From the NCBI GenBank assembly GCA_965116495.1, contig OZ220696.1:2784001-2848000 (forward strand): DNA of 64,000 nucleotides, written 5' to 3'. Of the stretch, positions 21,308-31,362 are shown one piece after another (within the stretch, counting starts at the first letter, position 1; each line of letters opens with the position of its first letter). A program made the translations under genes and the position numbers. Source of the DNA: Gammaproteobacteria bacterium (lineage in GTDB: Bacteria > Pseudomonadota > Gammaproteobacteria > Eutrophobiales > Eutrophobiaceae). Below the pieces are notes generated by a model. The model worked only from the letters and a program-made list of their open reading frames with translations. It was not told the origin of the DNA and made no database searches.

Positions 21308-21640
21308 CTAAGATATCGAATCTTTAAGTACTTTTAACGGCGTTGCGCGGACGACAGTGGTTTCCGGTTTTGCCTGTATGGTTATTTTCTCACCGGTGGC
21401 AGGGTTTATGCCGGTACGTTCCGGACGGGCAGGCTTTATCGCCCTTTTCAATTTAACACCCATTGACGGTATGGTAAATTCCCCGGAAGCCCCGTTTTGC
21501 AGATGACGTACGGCCAGGCCAGCCAGAGAATCCAGTACTGCGGCTACCTGTTTTTTGGTTAGGTCCGTGTCTTCGGCAATATGTGCCAGAATTTGAGATT
21601 TGGTTTGCTTCTCAGCAATCGCTTGAGGTCTATCAGCCAT
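21308..21640 (-). CDS. HU/IHF-family DNA-binding protein
   Basis: TKSQILAHIAEDTDLTKKQV and KPARPERTGINPATGEKITIQAK. Confidence 0.9.
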   Translation of the reverse strand: MADRPQAIAEKQTKSQILAHIAEDTDLTKKQVAAVLDSLAGLAVRHLQNGASGEFTIPSMGVKLKRAIKPARPERTGINPATGEKITIQAKPETTVVRATPLKVLKDSIS

Positions 21641-21831
21641 ATCTGCCTCTCATTATGGAAATGTATGTTTAATGTTTATAGTTAGTGATGCTCATCACTC
21701 CCTGTTCCGAGCAGTCCCCCACAGAGTAATTCAAAATCCCCGCAGCTGAGGAAAGTTCCCTCCTACGTTACGATTATATTACAAAATCAAATGAGTTAAA
21801 CGGAAATGTGGAAATTTTTTTCGTCAGCCTG

Positions 21832-22578
21832 TTATTGCGACAATTTGCCGTCTATTTCGTCCCAGAGCAAATTGAATGCGCCGGCAGCCCTGGACCCTTT
21901 TGCGCAGGCCTGAACCGGGGCCCGGTACATGCCCATTTTTTCCACATCGCTCAGGTAACCTATGAATGCCTGCAGTATCTCCGGATTGCTCTTGTGAAAA
22001 TCACGCACGATCTCGCAATGCAGTTTTTTCCTTCGGTCCACCATTGAAAAAAACGGTAGCAGGCGCGGCGGCAATTCCGGTTTTTTGTCTATATACCGCT
22101 TGAGTTGGCCGTAAGCGCGTATCGACAACGGTGTGGGGATAAGCGGTACCAGCAACGCATCCGCTGCATTGAACAGGTTTTCCGCCACGGTGGAAAAACT
22201 GGGCGCGCAATCGAACAAAAGCAAGTCGTAATCAGCAGCCAGACTGCTGGATACCTGCGCCAACCTGTGTAAGGGCCGTCTTTTGTCGTCAAGTATCCGG
22301 TCCAGGTAACGGTTGGAAAATTCGGCGGGGATAAGATCCAGGTTGGGATAATTGGTGGCCTTGACAAAATCCGTCAGTTTGCGTTTTCTTTTCAACAACT
22401 GGTTGTTTCCGCCGCGCAGCCTGGGTTTGATCCTGAAATAATATGTGGCCGCTGCCTGCGCATCGAGATCCCAGATCACCACCCGCTTGCCGCTGCGCGC
22501 GGCAGCGAAACCAAGATTCACAGTGGCGGTAGTTTTTCCTACACCTCCCTTGGTATTGTAGACGGCAAGAATTTTCAT
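21832..22578 (-). CDS. orphan ParA/Soj-family ATPase
   Basis: Deviant Walker A KGGVGKTT, plus WDLDAQA and LLFDCAPS. There is no adjacent parB, and it overlaps the CHAD gene stop by 4 bp. Confidence 0.9.
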   Translation of the reverse strand: MKILAVYNTKGGVGKTTATVNLGFAAARSGKRVVIWDLDAQAAATYYFRIKPRLRGGNNQLLKRKRKLTDFVKATNYPNLDLIPAEFSNRYLDRILDDKRRPLHRLAQVSSSLAADYDLLLFDCAPSFSTVAENLFNAADALLVPLIPTPLSIRAYGQLKRYIDKKPELPPRLLPFFSMVDRRKKLHCEIVRDFHKSNPEILQAFIGYLSDVEKMGMYRAPVQACAKGSRAAGAFNLLWDEIDGKLSQ

Positions 22579-24125
22579 CCGCTTGTTTTACCGCACAGGG
22601 TTTTGAACAGTTCCCTGTTTTCAACAGATACAAACGCGCCGTAGTAACGCTGGAATTCTTTCTTTGTCACCTTTTCCCGACGCGCATATACCTTGCCCAG
22701 GTAATCCATGGCAGCTTTGACACCCCGGTGTTGCTTCCCTGGAAAATTTTCCTGCCACAGGCTGAGATACTGTTGCTGAACCTGGTAGTCGACGATATCC
22801 CCCAGCACATTCTGGAGTTTGCGCAACTGCCTTATCGCTTGTTCCACATCTTTTGCAGGAAACAGCGTGCGGAATGCCTCCAGCAGGTAACGCAGCTTTT
22901 TACAGGATATTCGCAATTCATGCAAGGCTTCGTCGGTACCGGTTCTTGCCGCGTGCCGGCCTTGTTTTCTTATTCTTCTCCAGGCTTTCCAGACAGACTC
23001 GTCAGCAGCCTTGAGTACCGGATCAGTCGTATTCGCATCCGTTGCATTTTCCAGCAGGGATGCGCGCCAACTCCGAATAAACCCGCGGTAGCGGTCCGAC
23101 TCCAGGGCACTCAGGAGTCCAGCCCTTTCCCTCTCCCTGCTCTCTTGCAAATATGTTTGCAGCGGCAGCAGTTGCGTGTACATTTTCGCCGGCAGCAACT
23201 GCTTGTATTGACGGAACGCAAGCAGGAATACATCGATGTCACGCAGGCTCGACGTCTGCTTACTGAGCCAGGAAAATAACTGTTTCCCCGATTCCTGTTG
23301 TGACGCCGGCAGGACGTGTTTCATTCCGGTAATCAATGATCGGCTGCGCCGGTTGGCAATCCTGAAATCATGCAGAAACTCAATGTCGATATCGTCCCTG
23401 ATTCCCGGCGCGTTACGTTCCATCATATCAAGCTGGGAGAGCAGGATGGCCGACATCGCCTGGCGAATCGTCATACCCCGGTCCAGTTGTACCATCAGTT
23501 TCGATGAATAATCTCCAGGCGTTCTGCCAAGCGCCGAAAAACAGGTTGATAACAGGCTATCCGTTGAACCCGTCCCGTTGCAACATGCCATCATCCAGGA
23601 AAATATTTTTTTTGTTCTTCTTTCATAGCCCCTCAGCGCCTGTAGCTTGACTACCCGTAACGGAACACTTGTGTTTTTGTCGGCCTGCGTCTGTCCTTCC
23701 AATTGCTCAAGATGCAATCTGGCGATGATTTTTCCATGTTTATCAAATATGTCCCGCTGCTCCCCCCGCAATGTAAAGCTCCCCTGGCAGATCAGGGCGC
23801 GTTCTTCGATTACGTGCGCCAGGCGGGAGGCGATGGCGGGAGGCTCTATTTCATGCAGGAAACGCCCTACGCTCGCCGTATTTTCCTGTCTGATCCAGCC
23901 TGCATCAGTAATATCGAACAGGAACAATGCAGCGCTATCGTCCTGATCAAAACCCAGCATGAGCCGGTTTTTGAACAGGCGCCAGTCAAACGTGTCATAA
24001 ATCTCGCGCAGCCCGGTAATTGTCCGGCCTCGGCCAAACCGGTATCCGCGTTCACGCAGGTTGCGTTTTATCTCCATTATTGCCCTGGCTTGCCTGAGAA
24101 CGAATTGTGGACAATAGCTTTCCAT
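22575..24125 (-). CDS. CHAD-domain (polyphosphate-binding) protein with degenerate CYTH-like N-terminus
   Basis: DIEFLHDFRIANRRSRS, LRDIDVF, LHELRISCKKLRYLLE and LQNVLGDIVD. The N-terminus carries YDTFDWRL. Confidence 0.88.
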   Translation of the reverse strand: MESYCPQFVLRQARAIMEIKRNLRERGYRFGRGRTITGLREIYDTFDWRLFKNRLMLGFDQDDSAALFLFDITDAGWIRQENTASVGRFLHEIEPPAIASRLAHVIEERALICQGSFTLRGEQRDIFDKHGKIIARLHLEQLEGQTQADKNTSVPLRVVKLQALRGYERRTKKIFSWMMACCNGTGSTDSLLSTCFSALGRTPGDYSSKLMVQLDRGMTIRQAMSAILLSQLDMMERNAPGIRDDIDIEFLHDFRIANRRSRSLITGMKHVLPASQQESGKQLFSWLSKQTSSLRDIDVFLLAFRQYKQLLPAKMYTQLLPLQTYLQESRERERAGLLSALESDRYRGFIRSWRASLLENATDANTTDPVLKAADESVWKAWRRIRKQGRHAARTGTDEALHELRISCKKLRYLLEAFRTLFPAKDVEQAIRQLRKLQNVLGDIVDYQVQQQYLSLWQENFPGKQHRGVKAAMDYLGKVYARREKVTKKEFQRYYGAFVSVENRELFKTLCGKTSG

Positions 24126-25432
24126 TACCGGTACGGCCTCATGTAACCGGGTGCTGCCTCCCGTTCTATTGCGCGGTAGGCGATATCGGTGCGGAAAAAC
24201 AGGGCTTCACAATCTATGGCTGCAACTGCTTCGTATGCCTTGTCCCTGGCGCTGGTAACGTTGTCGGCCAGTGCCGTGACGCACAGCACCCGGCCGCCGC
24301 TGGTGAGGATTTCCCCGCCGGCCTGCCGGGTTCCGGCGTGAAAAACCTTTACCGACTCGTTCACCCGATCCAGGCCGGTAATTTTCCTGTCCCGGGTGGC
24401 GCCCTCAGGATAACCGGACGAGGCCATCACAACCCCGACAGCCGCGCGCGGGTCCCAGGAAACGGCATCAGCGTGAAGGCGTCGTGACAGGGCCATGTCA
24501 CATAATGCCGGCAAATCACCCCGCAGACGCATCATGACCGGCTGGGTCTCGGGGTCGCCGAGACGGCAATTAAACTCAAGCACTTCAGGGTCACCGTTGG
24601 CATCGATCATGAGGCCGGCATACAGAAACCCCATGTAGGGATTGCCTTCCGCGCGCATGCCGGCCACAGCCGGTTCTATGACGCGCCGCATGATTTTGTC
24701 ATGCACGCCTTCACCCATCAGGGAAGCAGGGGAATAAGCGCCCATTCCGCCGGTGTTCGGACCTGCATCACCGTCGTCCCTGGCTTTGTGGTCCTGGGAA
24801 CTGGCCAGGGGGATAACATTTTCGCCATCGCTTATTACGATGAAACTGGCCTCCTCCCCTGCAATAAATTCCTCTATCACGACCCGCTGTCCCGCCGCGC
24901 CGAATTTTCCGGCGGACAACATGTCGTTCACGGCGCGTCCTGCTTCGGCATGGGTCTGAGCGACGATCACTCCCTTGCCCGCTGCCAGGCCGTCCGCCTT
25001 GACGACTATCGGCAAACTTCTTGATCCGATGTAATCCAGGGCTGCGCCGGGATCGGTAAAGGTCTCATACTCCGCCGTCGGAATACCATGACGCCGCAGA
25101 AACGCTTTACTGAAACTCTTCGACCCTTCCAGCATGGCAGCATTTCCCGATGGGCCGAAGCAGCGCAGTCCCGCATCGGTAAACGCGTCTGCAATACCGG
25201 AAACCAGGGGCGCTTCGGGACCCACTATGGTCAGCGCCACGGCGTGCCCGCGGGCAAATGCAACCAGGCCCGGCGTGTCCGCGGGCGCGAGCGGAATATT
25301 TTCGACTTTAGCCTCCGCCGCCGTGCCGGCGTTGCCCGGCGCAACGTAGACCTTGTCCACATCGGGCGATTGGGCCGCCTTCCAGGCCAGGGCATGTTCG
25401 CGTCCCCCCCCGCCGACGATCAGGACGTTCAT
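24125..25432 (-). CDS. purD: phosphoribosylamine--glycine ligase
   Basis: GGGGREHALAW, VVKADGLAAGKGV, QDHKARDDGDAGPNTGGMGAYSP and EFNCRLGDPETQ. Confidence 0.97.
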   Translation of the reverse strand: MNVLIVGGGGREHALAWKAAQSPDVDKVYVAPGNAGTAAEAKVENIPLAPADTPGLVAFARGHAVALTIVGPEAPLVSGIADAFTDAGLRCFGPSGNAAMLEGSKSFSKAFLRRHGIPTAEYETFTDPGAALDYIGSRSLPIVVKADGLAAGKGVIVAQTHAEAGRAVNDMLSAGKFGAAGQRVVIEEFIAGEEASFIVISDGENVIPLASSQDHKARDDGDAGPNTGGMGAYSPASLMGEGVHDKIMRRVIEPAVAGMRAEGNPYMGFLYAGLMIDANGDPEVLEFNCRLGDPETQPVMMRLRGDLPALCDMALSRRLHADAVSWDPRAAVGVVMASSGYPEGATRDRKITGLDRVNESVKVFHAGTRQAGGEILTSGGRVLCVTALADNVTSARDKAYEAVAAIDCEALFFRTDIAYRAIEREAAPGYMRPYR

Positions 25433-25434
25433 GG

Positions 25435-26997
25435 TTAATGCCGGAAATGCCTCATTGCGGTGAATACCATGGCCATGCCGTGTTCGTCCGCCGCCGCGAT
25501 AACCTCTTTATCCCGTACCGAACCTCCCGGCTGTATCACGGCTGAGATTCCTGACTGTGCAGCTGAATCGATTCCGTCCCGGAATGGAAAAAATGCATCC
25601 GACGCCATCACGGCGCCCGCCACCTGCAAACCGGCGTCCGTTGCCTTGAGCGCGGCGATCCGGGCGCTGTAGACCCGGCTCATCTGGCCGGCGCCGATAC
25701 CGATGGTCCGGCGCTGCCTGGCGTAGACAATGGCATTGGACTTGACGTACTTCACCACTTGCCAGGCAAACAGCATGTCATCCAGTTCCCCGGTGTCCGG
25801 TTTACGCCTGGATACCACGTTTAATTGTTCAGGCACAACCGTCCCCGTATCGGCGTCCTGGACCAGCAATCCGCCACTGACGCGTTTCAACTCGAGCTGC
25901 CCCGGGTTGTCAGCGCGCCTGCCGGTCACCAGCACCCGTACCCCGGGCTTGTTCGCGGTTACCGGGAGGACGCCTTCTTCCAGCTCCGGCGCCAGGATGA
26001 CTTCCACGAATTGTCGCGCGATGATATTTTCCGCGGTCTCCTTGTCGAGGCTGCGGTTGAAGGCGATGATGCCGCCGAACGCGGAGACAGGATCGGTCCC
26101 ATAGGCCGCGTCATAAGCATCCGGCAACGACCCGCTTAGCGCCACGCCACAGGGGTTGGCGTGCTTGACAATGACACAGGCGGGGTCGTCAAACCCCGAC
26201 ACACATTCCAGGGCGGCATCGGCATCGGCAAGATTGTTGTAGGAAAGCGCCTTGCCCTGCAACTGGCGGGCGCCTGCCAGGGTGCCGGCAGCGGGTTTCG
26301 GCTCCGTATAGAACGCCGCGGTCTGGTGGGGATTCTCACCATAGCGCAACTGTTCGGCAAGGCTGAACTGCATCGAATAGGTGTCCGGGTAATTCCTGCC
26401 GTTGCCCTGGTGATCCGTTGCGCCCAGGTAATTTGCCACGTTGGCATCGTAGTTCGCCGTGTGGGAGAAGGCTTTCTGCGCCAGCCTGAAGCAGGTTGGG
26501 ATACTCAGCCGGTTTTCATTTTCCTGCAACTCGTTCAATACCCCGGGGTAATCTCCTGCATCAACGATGACCCCGGTGTATTCATAATTTTTGGCTGCGG
26601 CCCTGAGCATTGTCGGGCCGCCTATATCAATATTCTCCATTGCCTCGGCCAGGGTACAGCCGGCGCGCTTGACGGTTGCTTCGAAAGGATACAGGTTGAC
26701 GACAACAAGATCGATCGGCGCAATACCCAGTTCTTCCATAATTTCGTCGTCCCGGCCGGGCCGCCCGAGCAGGCCGCCATGAACCTTCGGGTGCAGTGTT
26801 TTTACCCTGCCATCCATAATCTCGGGAAACCCGGTATGGGCTGACACATCCGTCACCTGAATATTATGGGATTGCAGTAACCTGAACGTACCGCCGGTAG
26901 AGATGATGGCAATGCCCGATTGCTCAAGGGTGTGGCAGAATTCCACGATGCCGGACTTGTCCGAGACGCTGATCAGCGCGCGCCTGACACTCACCAT
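25435..26997 (-). CDS. purH: bifunctional AICAR transformylase/IMP cyclohydrolase
   Basis: [41 protein letters not shown] and RHFRH. Confidence 0.97.
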   Translation of the reverse strand: MVSVRRALISVSDKSGIVEFCHTLEQSGIAIISTGGTFRLLQSHNIQVTDVSAHTGFPEIMDGRVKTLHPKVHGGLLGRPGRDDEIMEELGIAPIDLVVVNLYPFEATVKRAGCTLAEAMENIDIGGPTMLRAAAKNYEYTGVIVDAGDYPGVLNELQENENRLSIPTCFRLAQKAFSHTANYDANVANYLGATDHQGNGRNYPDTYSMQFSLAEQLRYGENPHQTAAFYTEPKPAAGTLAGARQLQGKALSYNNLADADAALECVSGFDDPACVIVKHANPCGVALSGSLPDAYDAAYGTDPVSAFGGIIAFNRSLDKETAENIIARQFVEVILAPELEEGVLPVTANKPGVRVLVTGRRADNPGQLELKRVSGGLLVQDADTGTVVPEQLNVVSRRKPDTGELDDMLFAWQVVKYVKSNAIVYARQRRTIGIGAGQMSRVYSARIAALKATDAGLQVAGAVMASDAFFPFRDGIDSAAQSGISAVIQPGGSVRDKEVIAAADEHGMAMVFTAMRHFRH

Positions 26998-26998
26998 A

Positions 26999-27271
26999 TC
27001 AGCTGACTATACCGTATTTCTTCAATCGCCCCAGTACCGTACCCCTGTTCAAGCCAAGTGCTTGTGCAGTACGGCTTATGTTTCCGTTATATCGATCTAA
27101 TACGACTCTAAACAGCGGTTTTTCGACCTGCGAAATGACCAGGTTATAGAGATTTGACGTGTCCTCCCCCTCCAGATCGTTAAAATAATTTCGCAAGGCA
27201 TTTTCCACGCATTCACCAAGGGATTGTGCAGTGGAAACCGTCTGTGTTGAATCCTGTTTGGTCGAAGCCAT
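26999..27271 (-). CDS. fis: Fis-family DNA-binding protein
   Basis: [22 protein letters not shown]...[16 protein letters not shown], upstream of purH. Confidence 0.88.
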   Translation of the reverse strand: MASTKQDSTQTVSTAQSLGECVENALRNYFNDLEGEDTSNLYNLVISQVEKPLFRVVLDRYNGNISRTAQALGLNRGTVLGRLKKYGIVS

Positions 27272-27387
27272 TTATTATGATTCTCTTCGGTACAAGATTT
27301 GACCTTTATCCATACCTTTTCTCCCCCCCTGTTTTTCACAATAGCAATCAATATGCTTTCATGCAATCCCTTTTGGCGAGGAACCCG

Positions 27388-28272
27388 TCAATGAAACTGA
27401 AATTCAAAACTCACGGCCTGTTGTGCTGCGCCGGCAAGCTCCAGGACAAAGTGAATCGGCACGCCGGGAGGCATGCCGGCAGCGTTGCGGGTGTCCGGCC
27501 CGAGGTAGTCTGCAGGCTTGAAACGTCCCTGGGAGATCACCCGTCCATTTGTCGCGTATGTGACCAGTTCAATTTCGGGGTACGGCTGGACATATTCGGC
27601 CAGGTTGACCAGCGCGGCGCTGACCTGCAGGGCATCCACGAAACGCGGGTGCAGTCGTACTTCCCTGTTCAACAACTTGATGGCCGACAGGTCGCGAAAC
27701 CGTATCAGGTCACACTGCCATTTATCACAGAGCCGTTCCACCCAGGGCATCAGCACCGGGTACGCGCGCAGCAGCCGGTCCCTGTTGAACCAGGCGACCT
27801 GTGCAAGCGCGCCGATAGACAGGATTATAATCAAGCCGGCCCATATCAGCCGTGCGGACGAGTTGGTTGATTTCTCCTCCCCGTAGTCGATGACGGGCGG
27901 CAACTCTGCCGGCAGTTCGCGTTCTTGTCCGGCATGCGCGGTTTCGGCTTCAGCCGCCTCCTGCTGCGGTTCGGTTGCCCTGTCCGCCGGTGTGGTTTGC
28001 GGGGGCGGGGCGGTTGTGTGTTCCGGAACATCGCCGTCAGGCGGGGCTTGCTCCTGTTGCGGGACTACCGTGACGGTTTCTTCCGGCGGCTGTTCCACGG
28101 ACTTTTCTGCCTGATGCAGTACCGGTGGTTTTTTTACAGGCGTATCGTAAAGCCGCTCCAGTGCATAAAACGCCTCATCACAATAACCGCATCGTACCCA
28201 ACCGTCGGCTGCCTTCAGTTGGGCTGCGCGAATACGATACAGGCGCTCACAGGATGGACAATCTGTAAACAT
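27388..28272 (-). CDS. zinc-ribbon plus DUF3426 membrane protein
   Basis: CPSC..YRI..QL...GWVRCGYC, a Pro-rich linker, one transmembrane helix and a C-terminal domain (QPYPEIEL, F.PADYL). It occupies the usual position after accC. Confidence 0.82.
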   Translation of the reverse strand: MFTDCPSCERLYRIRAAQLKAADGWVRCGYCDEAFYALERLYDTPVKKPPVLHQAEKSVEQPPEETVTVVPQQEQAPPDGDVPEHTTAPPPQTTPADRATEPQQEAAEAETAHAGQERELPAELPPVIDYGEEKSTNSSARLIWAGLIIILSIGALAQVAWFNRDRLLRAYPVLMPWVERLCDKWQCDLIRFRDLSAIKLLNREVRLHPRFVDALQVSAALVNLAEYVQPYPEIELVTYATNGRVISQGRFKPADYLGPDTRNAAGMPPGVPIHFVLELAGAAQQAVSFEFQFH

Positions 28273-28289
28273 GGCACCCCGGGTGGTCT

Positions 28290-29633
28290 TTACTTGAGAC
28301 CCAGCTTGTTTTCGAGGTAGTGGATATCGGTACCGCCGGCAATAAACGCCGCGTCATCCAGCAATCTCTGCAGCACGGGAATATTGGTGCTGATACCTTC
28401 TATGACCAGTTCCGAGAGCGCAGTGGACATGCGCGCCAGAGCCAGTTCCCGGGTCTCCCCGTGCGCAATCAACTTTGCGATCATGGAATCGTAGTGGGGC
28501 GGTATGCGATAGCCGTCATAAAGGTGCGTCTCCATGCGGATCCCCGGTCCCCCGGGCTGGTGGAAATGGCTGACCTGTCCGGGTGACGGCATAAACGTAT
28601 CGGGGTTTTCCGCCAGGATACGACATTCAAGCGCGTGGCCGCGGAAGCGGATACCATCCTGTCTGTAACTGAGTGTCGCGCCGGCTGCGATACGCAGTTG
28701 TTCCTTGACGATATCAACGCCGGTCACCATTTCGGTGACCGGGTGCTCCACCTGGATGCGGGTATTCATTTCTATGAAATAAAACTCGCCGTCCTCATAG
28801 AGAAATTCCATTGTTCCTGCGCCGCGATAACCCATGGTCTTGCAGGCATGAACACAGATCCCGCCGATTTTCTCCCGCATTTTTTCCGTGATCCCAACCG
28901 CCGGGGCTTCTTCCATGATCTTCTGGTGGCGCCTCTGCATTGAGCAATCCCTTTCCCCCAGGTGTATGACGTTGCCTGCTTCGTCCGCCAGCACCTGTAA
29001 CTCTATATGACGCGGATGCTCGAGAAATTTTTCCACGTACAAGGTGTCATCGCCGAACGCGGCAGCCGCCTCGGCGCGGGTTACCGCCACGGCATTGCGC
29101 AGGGTTGCCTCCCCGCGCACTACGCGCATTCCCCGCCCGCCACCGCCGGCGGCGGCCTTGATAATGACCGGGTAACCCAGTTCCCTGGCGAGCTTGCCGA
29201 TTTCGTCGATATCATTGCCGATATCGCCGCTGGATCCGGGGACGCAGGGTACTCCGAATTTCCGCATCTGTTCTCGCGCTGAAATTTTGCTCCCCATCAG
29301 ACGGATCGTATCGGCGCGCGGGCCAATGAATATAAACCCGCTTTCCTCAACCCGTTCGGCAAAATCGGCATTTTCAGCCAGGAATCCGTAACCCGGATGT
29401 ATCGCCGCGGCATCGGTAACCTCAGCCGCACTGATTACAGCCGGGATATTCAGGTAACTGCCGACAGCCGCGGCCGGACCGATACATACCGCCTCGTCCG
29501 CCAGCAGCACGTGTTTCTGTTCCCGGTCTACTTCGGAGAAGACGGCTACGGTTTTTATACCCAACTCGCGACAGGAACGCAGGATGCGCAGGGCGATCTC
29601 GCCCCGGTTGGCAATGACCACTTTCCCAAGCAT
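28290..29633 (-). CDS. accC: acetyl-CoA carboxylase, biotin carboxylase subunit
   Basis: [30 protein letters not shown] and [14 protein letters not shown]. Confidence 0.97.
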   Translation of the reverse strand: MLGKVVIANRGEIALRILRSCRELGIKTVAVFSEVDREQKHVLLADEAVCIGPAAAVGSYLNIPAVISAAEVTDAAAIHPGYGFLAENADFAERVEESGFIFIGPRADTIRLMGSKISAREQMRKFGVPCVPGSSGDIGNDIDEIGKLARELGYPVIIKAAAGGGGRGMRVVRGEATLRNAVAVTRAEAAAAFGDDTLYVEKFLEHPRHIELQVLADEAGNVIHLGERDCSMQRRHQKIMEEAPAVGITEKMREKIGGICVHACKTMGYRGAGTMEFLYEDGEFYFIEMNTRIQVEHPVTEMVTGVDIVKEQLRIAAGATLSYRQDGIRFRGHALECRILAENPDTFMPSPGQVSHFHQPGGPGIRMETHLYDGYRIPPHYDSMIAKLIAHGETRELALARMSTALSELVIEGISTNIPVLQRLLDDAAFIAGGTDIHYLENKLGLK

Positions 29634-29653
29634 GATTATTTATGGGGGACTAA

Positions 29654-29704
29654 GGGGACAGATTTAAGCATGCCCCCGCATGTTGTAAGCGGGGGTCTGT
29701 CCCC
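29654..29704. repeat. family B palindrome (GGGGACAGATTTAATCTGTCCCC) interrupted by a family C element at 29668-29695
   Basis: Removing 29668-29695 restores a near-perfect palindrome. Confidence 0.8.
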
Positions 29705-29752
29705 GTCCACTCTGTGATCTCTGTGTCCTCTGTGGCAACACATGTCGTTGTT

Positions 29753-30223
29753 TTACTGATCCCGGATAATGAACAGGGGCTGACCGTATTCAACCGGCTC
29801 ACCATTAGCGGCCATGATACGGCTGACGACGCCGGCCTTTTCGGATTCAACCTGGTTCATGATCTTCATCGCTTCGATAATACAGAGCACATCGCCCTTT
29901 TTCACGGTCTGACCCAGTTCGACAAAAGACGGTTTACCCGGGGCCTGTGCCTCGTAGAAGATCCCCACCATAGGCGAACGTACCAGGTTATCCTCGGGCT
30001 CCTCATTTTCCGTTGATTCCGACCCCAATGCGGGTTCCGCTACGGCAGTATTGCGTTGACCCGTATCCCGAATATCCCTGGCCGGTACTGTGGCGGCAAC
30101 TTGCGCAGGAGCGAACCGGTTGCGGCTGACCCTGACTGAGTCCTTATCCTCGTGAATCTCAATTTCATCAATCCCGGATTCTTCCAGCATCTCAATCAGT
30201 TTTTTTACCTTTCTTATGTCCAC
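29753..30223 (-). CDS. accB: biotin carboxyl carrier protein
   Basis: MDIRKVKKLIE, RSPMVG and IIEAMKIMN. Confidence 0.96.
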   Translation of the reverse strand: MDIRKVKKLIEMLEESGIDEIEIHEDKDSVRVSRNRFAPAQVAATVPARDIRDTGQRNTAVAEPALGSESTENEEPEDNLVRSPMVGIFYEAQAPGKPSFVELGQTVKKGDVLCIIEAMKIMNQVESEKAGVVSRIMAANGEPVEYGQPLFIIRDQ

Positions 30224-30228
30224 ACCCG

Positions 30229-30669
30229 TTACCCCTGTAATTTTTCCGCAGCCACCTCTAATGCCAGACCGTAACCTGCCGCGCCGGCGCCGCTGAGTAC
30301 CGCTAGTGCCAGGTCTGACAGGTAGGAATGTCGTCTGAATTCCTCCCGGGCAAACACGTTGGAAAGGTGGACTTCAATGAACGGGATGGAAACACCGGAA
30401 AGCGCATCCCGCAGCGCGATGCTGGTGTGGGTAAACGCTCCGGGATTAATGATGATGAACTCGACCCCTTCCTGTTTAGCCTGGTGGATCCGCTCAATCA
30501 GTCCATGCTCTGCATTGGACTGAAAGCAGGCCAGGCTGTGGCCCTGGCGCGCGGCGGTCGCAACCAGATCTTGGTTGATATCTTCGAGGGTGGTCGTGCC
30601 GTATATCTCCGGTTCCCGCTCCCCGAGCAGGTTCAGGTTGGGCCCGTGCAATACCAGAAATTTTGCCAT
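30229..30669 (-). CDS. aroQ: type II 3-dehydroquinate dehydratase
   Basis: [27 protein letters not shown] and EVHLSN. Confidence 0.96.
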   Translation of the reverse strand: MAKFLVLHGPNLNLLGEREPEIYGTTTLEDINQDLVATAARQGHSLACFQSNAEHGLIERIHQAKQEGVEFIIINPGAFTHTSIALRDALSGVSIPFIEVHLSNVFAREEFRRHSYLSDLALAVLSGAGAAGYGLALEVAAEKLQG

Positions 30670-30786
30670 AACACTGTAATTATCAGATGATTTCAGGAAT
30701 TTCGCTACATTTTGCCATATATTAGCAGAAAATAGCCGAAATTAAACAGAAAAGGATGGAATTAGTCGCCTCTTTTTCTCAAGGGG

Positions 30787-31362
30787 TCAGAGCAGGCGGT
30801 TGATGATGGTTTCAGCTTCTTCAGTCGGCAGGATACCGGGCTTGACATGGACCACCTGCCCGTTTCTATCGATAATCACGGTATAAGGCAGGGCGCCGAT
30901 GTGGTTGCCGTAGGCCTCGGCCAGCTTGATGACCTCCAGTTCTCCGGCCAGTATCGGGTAATTCACCTTGTGTTCGGTGACAAACGCGCGCGCCTCTTCC
31001 GGTTTCTGTAAGGCGATACCTATGAATTGTAATCCCTGTGTCTGGTACCTGTCCTGCAATGAAACAAACTCCGGGACTTCCTTTATACAGGGGGGACACC
31101 AGGTTGCCCAGAAATTCAACGCTATCACTTTACCGTCCCATTCGGTGATTGAACGCAGCTGACCGTCCAGGTCCGGCAGGCTGAATTCCGGCCTGCGGCG
31201 GCCCAGGATCGGCGCGGCCGTGTGAGCTTGCATTGCGTTGCCGTTTGTCTCCGCTGACGAACGGGCTACCTCGTCCTGCTGGAAATCATACAGGCGAACT
31301 CCCAGATAGGCGGAAACGAAAACCAGCCCTGACAGCGCAGTCCACAAAACAGCCCTGTTCAC
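30787..31362 (-). CDS. TlpA-family thiol-disulfide reductase
   Basis: N-terminal anchor, NFWATWCPPCIKE and LPYTVIIDRNG. Confidence 0.9.
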   Translation of the reverse strand: MNRAVLWTALSGLVFVSAYLGVRLYDFQQDEVARSSAETNGNAMQAHTAAPILGRRRPEFSLPDLDGQLRSITEWDGKVIALNFWATWCPPCIKEVPEFVSLQDRYQTQGLQFIGIALQKPEEARAFVTEHKVNYPILAGELEVIKLAEAYGNHIGALPYTVIIDRNGQVVHVKPGILPTEEAETIINRLL

